Below are positions 7,581-16,830 of a DNA stretch of 21,270 nucleotides, one piece after another; position 1 is the first letter of the stretch, and every line of letters begins with the position of its first letter. Below the pieces are notes generated by a model, which did no database searches, was not told where the DNA came from, and worked only from the letters and a program-made list of their open reading frames with translations. The stretch comes from Promethearchaeota archaeon (GTDB lineage Archaea; Asgardarchaeota; Lokiarchaeia; Sigyniarchaeales; SOKP01). Location of the stretch: assembly GCA_004524535.1 (NCBI GenBank), contig SDNY01000061.1, positions 1 to 21,270 of the forward strand, given 5' to 3'. The position numbers and the translations under genes were made by a program.

Positions 7581-8006
7581 TTAATTGATGATTAGATACC
7601 TGAAGTTTTTAATTTCCTTTATACTATTGATTTCAACAACAATGCTACGAAAATCTTGAAGGCTTCCCTCAAAAACCAAAAAGAATGTATTATGAGGATT
7701 ATTAGTATAAAATTGCTGATTCTTACTTACAATCTGATCGCAATATTTATTTTCTATTTTATTCAATTTTTTTAGAATATTTATATCATTAGGTACGACG
7801 ATTATCATATTACCGATAATTTTTTTAGTTAATGGAGTAAAAAAATCAATAGTAGCGGCATCCATGTTTGAAAAGTCAGGACTTTGCTGTAATCTCAATA
7901 TTGCATCCCTAATTAGTTTAGATTTGTTCTTGTACTTATTTTTAGAAATTAGTTTATCCAAGAACTTCTTAAGATTATCATTAAGAGACACGGAAACAAT
8001 GGGAAT
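7581..8006 (-). CDS. Ribbon-helix-helix (CopG/NikR-like) transcriptional regulator with an ACT-like C-terminal domain
   Basis: PIVSVSLNDNLKKFLDKL...NKSKLIRDAI fits the RHH pattern. Start placed at ATT 8006 because the GTG at 8015 in the ORF track lies inside the RBS AGGTGG. Confidence 0.75.
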   Translation of the reverse strand: MPIVSVSLNDNLKKFLDKLISKNKYKNKSKLIRDAILRLQQSPDFSNMDAATIDFFTPLTKKIIGNMIIVVPNDINILKKLNKIENKYCDQIVSKNQQFYTNNPHNTFFLVFEGSLQDFRSIVVEINSIKEIKNFRYLIIN

Positions 8007-8011
8007 GAATA

Positions 8012-8017
8012 CCACCT
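8012..8017 (-). promoter_or_regulatory. Shine-Dalgarno site AGGTGG for the RHH gene
   Basis: Minus strand reads AAAAGGTGG-TATTC-ATT CCC ATT GTT, a 5-nt spacer before ATT. Confidence 0.6.
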
Positions 8018-8098
8018 TTTTTTTATTTCTATCTTTGCTTTATATATAATTAGATATAAAAATTTATATATTTATTGTATATAATTGAGAATGAAATT

Positions 8099-10471
8099 TT
8101 AAATCTTTAAAGTTCTAGTTAATACATTTCTGAAGCTTTCTATATCATTAACTAATTTATCGGCGTCATCTTCACTAATACTTTGATCCTTCTCATATTT
8201 ATTTAATCTTGTAAGCCAGAATTCAATTCGCCCTAGGACTGGGCTATCCTCTCCAATAATCTTTCTTAAGCGAATAAAAGTATCATGTAATTTATTTCTT
8301 ATATTTTGTGCTTTCCAACGGAGCATGCAGTAATCGCTTACCTCTGCCAGATTCTGGGTTATTGCCATGACATCGAGCGTTTTCTCTCTTTCAGAGCTTT
8401 TAATTGACCGTATTATGTCTATTTGTTCATACAATAGCTCGATAATTTTTGCTAGAAATCCTGTAAGTTGTCCCGGATTCGCACACCAAACTCGTATTTC
8501 CAAGGATTGACTTGCAGACGAAACAAACACTCTTATAATTATTCTACCGCCCGTGACCTTTGCTTCTGAACAAAACCACGCTTCGGCTTCATAATTTTTT
8601 TCTGCATTGCCACCTTCATGAGATGTAATCATACTTGTATCAAAATTTTTTAAAGTTCTAATTCCAGCTCTATAAGCTAATCGAGGGTCTAAATCAGCAA
8701 TTAAAAAAGCCCGAGCATCATTAGGGAGGTCTTGAATTGATAATTGACAATCTTCGATATTTGTTAGAGAAGCACAAACTAAAGGACACTTAATTTGTAC
8801 TTCTTTTTTTCTCACATGAATCGTTTTTTGTTCACCAACAGCATTTTTGTAAATGATAGTTCCGCCAATATTAGAAATTCCACATTCCTTAGGTTCTAAA
8901 TAGAAATCTACTCCCCTTGAATTCCCTTGTTCAATGACTGGAATAGTTATTAAAGATTGTTTTAAATTGTAGCTTGAAGGAGCATCTAATACAACTTTTA
9001 CATTATTAATCGCCATATCACTATGATTTCTCACAACAACTTTGAAATGAAGTTGACCCCCTATAAAATCATAATCGCGTAATGCTTCAATTTTCCCCTC
9101 ATCTTTCGGCTCAATTTTTTCTTTCGTAACCTGAGCCGCCTTTCTTGAAGCTATTGGTACATCATAGGCAACAAGCATTTTTTTTTCAGAGTCAATATAT
9201 CCATCTATTTCGCCCCTTCCGATTAAAATTGCTAAATTTTCTTCAATAGTCGCCTCTGTCACTCCTAATCTATTTGCTAATTCTTTCAATTTTAAGTTTC
9301 TATATGCTCTCGTGAGTTCTTTTAGTTTTGTTTCGAGATATTTCGTTGTCATGAATTCGCGCCGCTGCGTAAATATACCAGATATTTCAGCACTTTTAAT
9401 CATTTCGTGAAGACTTTTTCTACTTAATTCCAATGCGATATTCTGTTTTTCAGCAAGTTTTGAAAGTTTAAATACTCCCCTATCTTTTGAAAATTGTTTA
9501 ATCTCCCTATAAATTTGATTGGTAGTAATTATTTGTTTACCATGATCAGCAAAATATCCATTAATAGCTTTAGTTTTCATAAGATTAATACAATTATTCT
9601 TAATTAACTCAGAGGGCATGTTAAAAATTTTTGCAAGCTCAATTAACGGAATTCGACCTTTTTCATTAATAGTTTTTATTAAATTATCAGTAATATAGTT
9701 CTGAGAATAATATATTCTTTTATCTTTTGAAAATGCTCCTTTAATTTGGAATTTACTGATTTGTTTGTAAATTACTTTAAGGGCCATATCTGAACTCATA
9801 TCCAGCATCACTGCTAAATCTTTTACCTTTATGATACCTTCTTCTTGAATTTTTGTAACTAATTTCTTTCGCATCTCAAAAGATATATAATAAAATATTC
9901 GATTTGTAGAATCTATAATTCCGTATATTCGTTCTTCTTCAATATATTTCTTTATTAATTTTGCCATCTGTTCTGCTGAGATATGAAAGGCATCCATTAT
10001 GGCTGAAAAATTCGTTGTAGGAGCTGTCTTTAAAAGGTCTAAGAAACATTTAGGGCAAATCTCTTTTCCAATAATGTGTTTTAGTTTTTTGTTACACTTC
10101 GAAAAGGATTGAATAAGATTATACCTTCTCGCTTCTTTTTTCAATTGATCTTCTGATGGATAAAATATACCAGGTGTTTTTAAATACGAATTCCATCCAT
10201 CTTCAGGGTTTGTACATTGAAGAAAATACTGACCTGATGATAATTGCTCGATTCTTAAAAGAGAGCCACAATCTGGACAAGAACTATCTTCCATGATTGA
10301 ACAGCGATATTGTAATTCAGAAGCTTTCGCTTTTGAGTATTGTTGATTATGTTTCTTACATTCCCATAACTCCGTTGTTGCTGTGTGGTTAATACAAAAT
10401 TTAGATTTACATTTCTCACATTTAAATTCTATGCGTGAACTGTCACAGAACAAACATTTTTCCGTCGCCAT
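8099..10471 (-). CDS. Zn-finger + tandem winged-helix (PCI/DDRGK/UFL1-like) + Ig-like/platform appendage protein, 790 aa
   Basis: N-terminal CLFC..CEKC....CINH, CKKH, CPDC and CPKC. Five ~60-aa repeats ending I.G.[IF]D/S (~10020-9170). Then DYDFIGGQLHFKVVVRN...FYLEP beta-sandwich, an alpha/beta segment and a helical tail. Confidence 0.75.
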   Translation of the reverse strand: MATEKCLFCDSSRIEFKCEKCKSKFCINHTATTELWECKKHNQQYSKAKASELQYRCSIMEDSSCPDCGSLLRIEQLSSGQYFLQCTNPEDGWNSYLKTPGIFYPSEDQLKKEARRYNLIQSFSKCNKKLKHIIGKEICPKCFLDLLKTAPTTNFSAIMDAFHISAEQMAKLIKKYIEEERIYGIIDSTNRIFYYISFEMRKKLVTKIQEEGIIKVKDLAVMLDMSSDMALKVIYKQISKFQIKGAFSKDKRIYYSQNYITDNLIKTINEKGRIPLIELAKIFNMPSELIKNNCINLMKTKAINGYFADHGKQIITTNQIYREIKQFSKDRGVFKLSKLAEKQNIALELSRKSLHEMIKSAEISGIFTQRREFMTTKYLETKLKELTRAYRNLKLKELANRLGVTEATIEENLAILIGRGEIDGYIDSEKKMLVAYDVPIASRKAAQVTKEKIEPKDEGKIEALRDYDFIGGQLHFKVVVRNHSDMAINNVKVVLDAPSSYNLKQSLITIPVIEQGNSRGVDFYLEPKECGISNIGGTIIYKNAVGEQKTIHVRKKEVQIKCPLVCASLTNIEDCQLSIQDLPNDARAFLIADLDPRLAYRAGIRTLKNFDTSMITSHEGGNAEKNYEAEAWFCSEAKVTGGRIIIRVFVSSASQSLEIRVWCANPGQLTGFLAKIIELLYEQIDIIRSIKSSEREKTLDVMAITQNLAEVSDYCMLRWKAQNIRNKLHDTFIRLRKIIGEDSPVLGRIEFWLTRLNKYEKDQSISEDDADKLVNDIESFRNVLTRTLKI

Positions 10472-10570
10472 GATATCTTATCTTTATTAGTATTTTTTCT
10501 ATTATATCTCTTATATATTAATATAAAAAAATTCAGATTTAAATTCTTTACATAGTCCATTTTTTATTTT

Positions 10571-11332
10571 TTATTTTATCTGGGAAACGGTAAAAAGATT
10601 AATTTCTAAGAAGCTTAAAACCATAATAATTATATTGACACCGATTATTATCAATAACATAATTACATAAATAGTATTCTTTTTTGTTTTCTCAGATCCT
10701 TCCATTTTGGTTTTAGTTTCCTTCGGAAATGGCTTAATCGTTTCAGCAGTTCGTTTTGCAAGTGCCAATGGGAATAAGCCTATTAATGTTCCCAGTGAAA
10801 AATAGAATACTGTAAAAAATCCTTCTAACCACCCGTAACTTAAAGAAAAGATTAAACATTGAGAATATATATATAATTCGAATAAACAAGGGGGAAAACC
10901 TGCAAGAAGTCCAAAGATATAAGGTGTTCTTCGTTTATTCCAATCCAAATTCATAATACTATCTTTATACTTTGAATGTGGGAAGTATTCCTTCCTCGTG
11001 ATAAAAAATAAAAATGTAATAGCTACAAATGTAGAAGAAAATGCTCCAAAAAAAGTGATAGCATGAGGGTCTAAAACAACAGAGGGGAGTAATATTAAAG
11101 GAATTAAAATAACTAGAATAGAAATAATGGCAATAGTTAAATTAGCAGTCATTAGACCAAGTCCGTATAAAGTTAATATAAAGAAACTGCTTTTGGGGTC
11201 TTTAGTTACTCCAAAACTATAAAAACAGAAGAGAGCTTTGTCCTCACATGGCATAACAGTGTGAAGTAAACCTAATAAAAATGCTGGCAAGAAAATAATC
11301 CAGTATTCCTGTAAAATAAGAAATTGCAGCAT
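10571..11332 (-). CDS. Membrane protein, RcnA/UreH/DsbD_2-like (possible Ni/Co transporter)
   Basis: About six TM segments. LGLLHTVMPCEDK in TM1, GLLAGFPPC, and FSLGT in the penultimate TM. Confidence 0.65.
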   Translation of the reverse strand: MLQFLILQEYWIIFLPAFLLGLLHTVMPCEDKALFCFYSFGVTKDPKSSFFILTLYGLGLMTANLTIAIISILVILIPLILLPSVVLDPHAITFFGAFSSTFVAITFLFFITRKEYFPHSKYKDSIMNLDWNKRRTPYIFGLLAGFPPCLFELYIYSQCLIFSLSYGWLEGFFTVFYFSLGTLIGLFPLALAKRTAETIKPFPKETKTKMEGSEKTKKNTIYVIMLLIIIGVNIIIMVLSFLEINLFTVSQIK

Positions 11333-11404
11333 TTTTTTAAATTTTTAGAGTTATTAATTTATCGTTAAATTAAATAAATTTAATGGTATTTTGTATTACT
11401 AATT

Positions 11405-12130
11405 TTAATTATTATATTTAGCATTTTTTATTATGGAAAAAGGAAGTTTCTCTTCGTAAAAAGCTTTACCTATGATTACACCATAAGTACCTATTTTTTT
11501 AAGCTTTTCAACATCATTTTCATACCTGACTCCACCAGCAGCATAAACAGGTATTTTAACAGATTTGATCATCTTCTCAATATTTCCAAAATCGGGACCA
11601 GTAAACGCCCCATCCGCTTCCACTGAAGAGAAGAGAATGTATCCCGCACCTAAATTCTCGATCTTTTTACCAAAGCTGAATGGATCCTTGTCTGTTTGTT
11701 TCGTCCATCCGTGTGTAGAAATCTTTCCCTGTTTATAGTCTAAAGCAACAATAATATGTTTAGAACCAACCTCCTCTGCTAATCTTTTAATAATCTCAGG
11801 TTTTTTTATAGCTAATGTTCCAATTATAACTCGGTCAGCACCAATTTTAATAAGTTCTTTTGCTGCGTCAAGGCTTCTGATTCCTCCTCCAATTTGAACT
11901 TTTGATTTATTTGATGCTTTTTTTATCATTTTTTTTAGTAATTCTTTGTTCTTATCTGAGCCCCATGCTCCATCTAAATCTACAAAGTGTATTCTTTGTG
12001 ATCCTTGACTAATCCAAAAATCCAGAGCATCAAGAGGATTCTCGTAATATATTTTTTCAGTTCCCTTTTCTCCTTTATACAATCTTACACATTTTCCACT
12101 GCTAATATCAATCGCAGGTATTATTTCTAT
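11405..12130 (-). CDS. hisA: ProFAR isomerase HisA
   Basis: The in-frame extension upstream of the ORF-track start reads IEIIPAIDISSGKCVRLYKG. Further motifs: HFVDLDGA, QIGGGIRS, RVIIGTLA, VALD, THGW, DG..TGPD, AAGGVR and IIGKAFY. Start is placed at ATA 12130. Confidence 0.95.
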   Translation of the reverse strand: MEIIPAIDISSGKCVRLYKGEKGTEKIYYENPLDALDFWISQGSQRIHFVDLDGAWGSDKNKELLKKMIKKASNKSKVQIGGGIRSLDAAKELIKIGADRVIIGTLAIKKPEIIKRLAEEVGSKHIIVALDYKQGKISTHGWTKQTDKDPFSFGKKIENLGAGYILFSSVEADGAFTGPDFGNIEKMIKSVKIPVYAAGGVRYENDVEKLKKIGTYGVIIGKAFYEEKLPFSIIKNAKYNN

Positions 12131-12135
12131 TTTAT

Positions 12136-12142
12136 ATCACCT
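12136..12142 (-). promoter_or_regulatory. Shine-Dalgarno site AGGTGAT for hisA
   Basis: Minus strand reads AGGTGAT-ATAAA-ATA GAA ATA ATA CCT. Confidence 0.75.
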
Positions 12143-12160
12143 TTTATATATTAGTTAAAC

Positions 12161-12943
12161 TTAACCTATTAAAACCTTTTTGTAAATTAAATATATAATT
12201 CCGATATAAATTATAACTAATATCACTGGTATAAAAAATTCTATTGTTGTTAGTATAGATTTATTTTCTAAAACAATTTCGACAATTATCTGATGATTTG
12301 CAATATACAGCTTATATGAATTTAAAATACCTTGATCATTATATGTTGCGTGAATTTTAATATATTCAGTAGGATAATCACCTTTCAAATCATCTTTTTG
12401 AATTTCACAACTTATAGCTGTTATGGTTCTGGATCTGGTATCAATAGAATAACCCTCATATAGACCTATTTCTTTTAAATAGTCATCTAATGGGAGAGGG
12501 AGCCAGACTGGAGCAAAATTTGGAAATATTAAATCATCAGAATAATCTTTTGGATGAGAATAATGTGTAATTTGGTCTTTATAATCATAATCGCCCCATT
12601 CATCATCATTTGTCCATATCCACTTTTTAAAAGTAATACTAAAAAATTCCTCGTTTTCTTGTGAGTTCGGATTGTATATTTCTAAATCTTTATCAGTCTC
12701 TTTAACCGTCAATCTCATCCGATTTCCGCGTTTTAATTCTTCAAAAAGACCTGTTCCATTAGAATTCCAATTTTTTCCAAGTAAATCCTCCATTTTCTTT
12801 TTATCGCATATATTACATTTCCAGGTAAACTTATCGCCTTTATCGACGCCAATATCATAATTTGATGCTACTACATTTGAAGTTGTAATAAGAATAAATC
12901 CTAGAAATACCATTGATATTAATAAAAGCAATTTAATCTTCAA
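12161..12943 (-). CDS. Secreted, C-terminally membrane-anchored surface protein
   Basis: TTG start after GAGGA. N-terminal signal peptide, YDIGVDKGDKFTW start of the mature domain, C-terminal TM helix followed by KK. Confidence 0.75.
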   Translation of the reverse strand: MKIKLLLLISMVFLGFILITTSNVVASNYDIGVDKGDKFTWKCNICDKKKMEDLLGKNWNSNGTGLFEELKRGNRMRLTVKETDKDLEIYNPNSQENEEFFSITFKKWIWTNDDEWGDYDYKDQITHYSHPKDYSDDLIFPNFAPVWLPLPLDDYLKEIGLYEGYSIDTRSRTITAISCEIQKDDLKGDYPTEYIKIHATYNDQGILNSYKLYIANHQIIVEIVLENKSILTTIEFFIPVILVIIYIGIIYLIYKKVLIG

Positions 12944-12984
12944 AATTAATTTCCTCTAAATATAATATTTTGAATTTTATTTAT

Positions 12985-14232
12985 CTATTTTTTCTCTGAC
13001 TTTAACACATATTTACTTATCCCCAAAAAAACCAATATTAGAAAAATCGTGCTTGCAAAATTATAGGGAAAGTAAAACCAAATTAAGAACCAAATTCCCA
13101 TAAAAGCTAAATCAAAGAAACTGAAAAAGAGCAGACTTTTTCTAAAATATTTCATAGTTATTTCTGAATGTCTCGGTAAAATAAATATCATTATAATCAA
13201 TAATGGAATTAAATTCAGAAGATGATGGTCCCAAGAATCGTAATATCCAAGTAGCATAATTATTATGCCAAAAGTAATCCCATAAATTATTTGATAGTTT
13301 TTGTCAAATTTTCCAATAATGAAAATTATAAATCCAATCCCTCCTACAATACCTATGACACCAATTAACACATATAGTTGATTAAAGGGAATATTATACA
13401 GAAAGCAGAAATTTAGTATTAATTTAGTAATACTAAATGAAAAATTTATAGTAACCGGATTACTTCCTGTAAAATTTGTTTCTATAAATCCTTCCCATAA
13501 TTTAGGATATGCTAGAAATATGAAAATATTTAACGAAACTGGCAAAAATACTCCAATTAACCTTACGAGGCTAGTTGAAAAATCAACAGTAACCTTTTTC
13601 ATTCTTTTAAAATCTAGATTGATTACTAATAAAAATGGAATTAAAAAAAAAGCTATAGGTTTAAGGATTATACTTACTCCTAAAATTAAACTACCAACAA
13701 ATTGCCATATAAATTCGTCATATTTAAGAAAGATGTAAAGAGAGATTAGTATAAAAAGGGTAATATATAAATTAATTTGCCCTAAAATATAGTTAAAAAA
13801 TTGGGGTATCCCTACCAAATAAACACAAATATACATGATAATTCGCTTATCGTCTTCTTCATGATCCTCACCTTTAACAAATTTACAAATTTTGTATAAA
13901 AAAATACAAATCAATATATTAAGAATTAAATTAAAAGTATGGAAAAGTAGGAAACCTAATTCAAAACCTAAAAGATAAAAAGGGACGAAAAAAATTGCAG
14001 AGAGAGGTAAATACCTATAGTCCCATAAATAATGTTCTTGATCATATAAACCATTTATATCGTTGTAGAATATTCCCCCTGCATTAAAATAAATTATAAA
14101 ATCGTTTTGATCTCTGAGAATTGTTAGAACAATGATTAACGTGACAATGAAATAACCTAAATGACCTATGACCGCATATCGAAAAAATTTAAAATTAATC
14201 CAGAGTTCTTTAAATCTCTTAATCGGTTTCAT
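12985..14232 (-). CDS. GT-C fold glycosyltransferase, GT87/DUF2029-like
   Basis: Polytopic membrane protein with DF.IY..AG, YRYLP, GQIN, ILKP and SWDHH motifs. Confidence 0.85.
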   Translation of the reverse strand: MKPIKRFKELWINFKFFRYAVIGHLGYFIVTLIIVLTILRDQNDFIIYFNAGGIFYNDINGLYDQEHYLWDYRYLPLSAIFFVPFYLLGFELGFLLFHTFNLILNILICIFLYKICKFVKGEDHEEDDKRIIMYICVYLVGIPQFFNYILGQINLYITLFILISLYIFLKYDEFIWQFVGSLILGVSIILKPIAFFLIPFLLVINLDFKRMKKVTVDFSTSLVRLIGVFLPVSLNIFIFLAYPKLWEGFIETNFTGSNPVTINFSFSITKLILNFCFLYNIPFNQLYVLIGVIGIVGGIGFIIFIIGKFDKNYQIIYGITFGIIIMLLGYYDSWDHHLLNLIPLLIIMIFILPRHSEITMKYFRKSLLFFSFFDLAFMGIWFLIWFYFPYNFASTIFLILVFLGISKYVLKSEKK

Positions 14233-14335
14233 TGACTTTTTAGGGCGTTATAAAATTTACATAAATTTAATTTTCTATAAAATTCTTAAATTAAATTAGT
14301 AAAATTAATTTTTTTAAATTTTAAAAGGGATTTAA

Positions 14336-15742
14336 ATGAAAACTAGTTTTGGAGTTATAGTTGGGAACCGAGATGCATTTCCAGATCACCTTGCAAAAGA
14401 GGGAAGGTTAGAAATTATAGCTGTTTTAAAAGAATTAGGTTATGATTTTGTTATTTTAGGAGAAAATGACACAAAATTCGGAGTTGTAGAAACTTATGAA
14501 GACGCAAAAAAATGTGCTGAACTTTTTAAAGCTAACAGAGAAAAAATCATAGGGATATTAGTTGTGTTACCTAATTTTGGCGATGAAAAAGGAATTGTTT
14601 CAACGCTCAAACTAGCAAACCTAAATGTTCCTGTATTAATCCAAGCCTCTTCAGATCATATCGATAAAATGAATAGAAAATTCAGAAGAGATGCCTTTTG
14701 TGGAAAAATTTCAGTATGTGGCGTTTTATACCAGCATGGAATTCCATTTTCTTTAACAACCCTTCACACTTGTGATATTAAATCAGATAGTTATAAAAAT
14801 GACATTATTAAATTTGAAAAGGTATGTAAAATCGTGGATAAACTTAAAAATGCTAGATTGGGTCAAATTGGAACGAGACCTAATGCGTTTGAAACAGTTC
14901 GTTATAGTGAAAAAATCTTAGCATTTAGCGGAATAACCGTTGAACCTATAGATTTATCAGAAATCCTTGGATTTATTAATGAATTGAGTGATGATGATCC
15001 CCATGTCAAAGAAAAAATGGAATTTCTTACAAATTATACCTCAACACGTGAGTTTCCAGAAGTAGGTCTTGTCAAACTCGCAAAATTGGCAGTAGTTATT
15101 GATAACTGGGTAAAAGAAAAAGAGTTAGATGGATTCGCTTTTCAATGCTGGCCCTCAATCGAATCAAATTTAGGGATTGTTCCTTGCGCTGTTATGAGCA
15201 CTTTTAGTGAAGGGCTAGTGCCCGCCGCATGTGAAGTGGATATAGCTGGATTAATCGGGATGTTAATCCTTCAAATTGCTACTGAATCCCCTTCAGCAAT
15301 TTTAGATTGGAATAATAATTATGGTGATGATCCAAATAAGATGGTATTATTTCACTGTAGTAATTTACCTAAATCATTTTTTCAAGATACTTCAATGACA
15401 CTACATCCTATTATGAAAGATTTCAGAGGCGAAGACAATACTTTTGGTGCGATTCAAGGACGAATAAAGACGAAACCTTGCACTCTTCTGCGTGTAGAAA
15501 CAGATGATATATATGGTGAAATTAAAGCCATTATTGCTGAAGGAAATTATACAGACGATAAATTAGAAACCTTTGGGGGATACGGAGTAATAGAAATCCC
15601 AAATCTACAGTCTTTAATTAAGAAGATATGTAATAATGGATTTGCTCATCATGTTGCAGCAAACTTTAATAGAGTTGGAGATATAATCTACGAAGCACTC
15701 AACAATTATTTAGCCTGGAATGTAGAATTCCATAATAAATAG
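14336..15742 (+). CDS. L-fucose/L-arabinose isomerase family protein
   Basis: NFGDE, RRDAFCGKIS, QCW, ACEVD..G, FHCSN and GFAHH motifs; 468 aa. Confidence 0.85.
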   Translation: MKTSFGVIVGNRDAFPDHLAKEGRLEIIAVLKELGYDFVILGENDTKFGVVETYEDAKKCAELFKANREKIIGILVVLPNFGDEKGIVSTLKLANLNVPVLIQASSDHIDKMNRKFRRDAFCGKISVCGVLYQHGIPFSLTTLHTCDIKSDSYKNDIIKFEKVCKIVDKLKNARLGQIGTRPNAFETVRYSEKILAFSGITVEPIDLSEILGFINELSDDDPHVKEKMEFLTNYTSTREFPEVGLVKLAKLAVVIDNWVKEKELDGFAFQCWPSIESNLGIVPCAVMSTFSEGLVPAACEVDIAGLIGMLILQIATESPSAILDWNNNYGDDPNKMVLFHCSNLPKSFFQDTSMTLHPIMKDFRGEDNTFGAIQGRIKTKPCTLLRVETDDIYGEIKAIIAEGNYTDDKLETFGGYGVIEIPNLQSLIKKICNNGFAHHVAANFNRVGDIIYEALNNYLAWNVEFHNK

Positions 15743-15839
15743 AGATAATCTAAATTTAAATATGTATTTTCTTTTTTTTTTTGATGACTAATTTATATTT
15801 TTTCTTTAGATATCTTTGCTAACTTATTATCTTAAATAG

Positions 15840-16469
15840 CTAGTATCCGTTAATTTGGTTAAAATAATCATCTGGATCATCAATCCCGGATTTTAATAAT
15901 TCAATTTCCTTTTGAATCCCCAATTCTTTACTAGTCTTAATCATATATGATACATCTAATGTATCATTAAATCTCATCCAACATCCTAAGGCATCAGTGT
16001 AATCTTGCCAGCCTCCATAGACTAATTTGCTCATTATAAAATCTTCTTTAGATGTTGACCAACATTCGATTTCCGAAAAAGAAACTCTTACTCTTCTCTT
16101 TAATGCAATCAGCCCGATTCTGTTATATTTGTCTTTTGACTGTCTATCGAGAATATAATTATCAAATTTAATATTCTCTTGTTTATCTAAATATTGAAGT
16201 AATTTAGTTTCTCTCGCCAATCTTGCTGTAGTTTCCCAATCTTGATAAGGGTAAAAATCATTTTGTCTTAATAAAGAAATGTAGGATTCAATACTATGAT
16301 TAACCGAATAAATATCAACAACAAAATCAATATCTTGGGTTGATCTAAGTTCAGAATAGAGACTTGTTAAAACACCACCAACTAAATAATATTTGATACC
16401 ATATTCTTGTTCAATTTTTTCGAGAAAGTCTATCAATTGTTTAAAGGCTAATTCATACCTTATTTCCAT
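15840..16469 (-). CDS. Nucleotidyltransferase toxin, MenT1/AbiEii/DUF6036-like
   Basis: LVGG..TS.YSE.RSTQDIDFVV is a Pol-beta-type signature. EDFIMSKL...QDYTD in the C-terminal part. Overlaps the upstream small gene by 10 nt. Confidence 0.85.
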   Translation of the reverse strand: MEIRYELAFKQLIDFLEKIEQEYGIKYYLVGGVLTSLYSELRSTQDIDFVVDIYSVNHSIESYISLLRQNDFYPYQDWETTARLARETKLLQYLDKQENIKFDNYILDRQSKDKYNRIGLIALKRRVRVSFSEIECWSTSKEDFIMSKLVYGGWQDYTDALGCWMRFNDTLDVSYMIKTSKELGIQKEIELLKSGIDDPDDYFNQINGY

Positions 16470-16708
16470 TTTTTCTTGCGCCTTAATTTCATTTTTTCGT
16501 TAAATTCATTCATTTCAATAATAATTTCTTTTTGTTTTTTATTTGGAAATCTTTTCATTTCTGTTTCAATATAATTTTTGATTCCAAAATTACATAAATC
16601 GAAAAAGATTTTAACTGATTTCTTGGTTGGAGTTCTTTTCATTAGTTCAATCTTTTCCTTAAAATTCCTTGAAATCTTCCTAAAATTTTTTTCTGTACCC
16701 TCTGACAT
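16460..16708 (-). CDS. Small antitoxin, MenA1 (Rv0078B)-like, 82 aa
   Basis: Likely start is ATG 16708 (MSEGTEK). Contains the pattern D-x4-G-x12-PN-x4-EI. Translationally coupled to the nucleotidyltransferase. Confidence 0.7.
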   Translation of the reverse strand: MSEGTEKNFRKISRNFKEKIELMKRTPTKKSVKIFFDLCNFGIKNYIETEMKRFPNKKQKEIIIEMNEFNEKMKLRRKKKWK

Positions 16709-16830
16709 ATTCTTTATTTTTCTTTTAAGAACAAAATTAATTTTAATAATATAATTTTCTAAATTATTAATAAAACAAGACACTTATTAAATTTCTTAAT
16801 AACTTTCATTCTTGAAAGTCAAAGAAATCC

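Noticed and set aside
16709-16783. N-terminal extension of the antitoxin ORF from GTG 16783
   Set aside because: AT-rich, promoter-like sequence; ATG 16708 gives a size typical of this antitoxin type.
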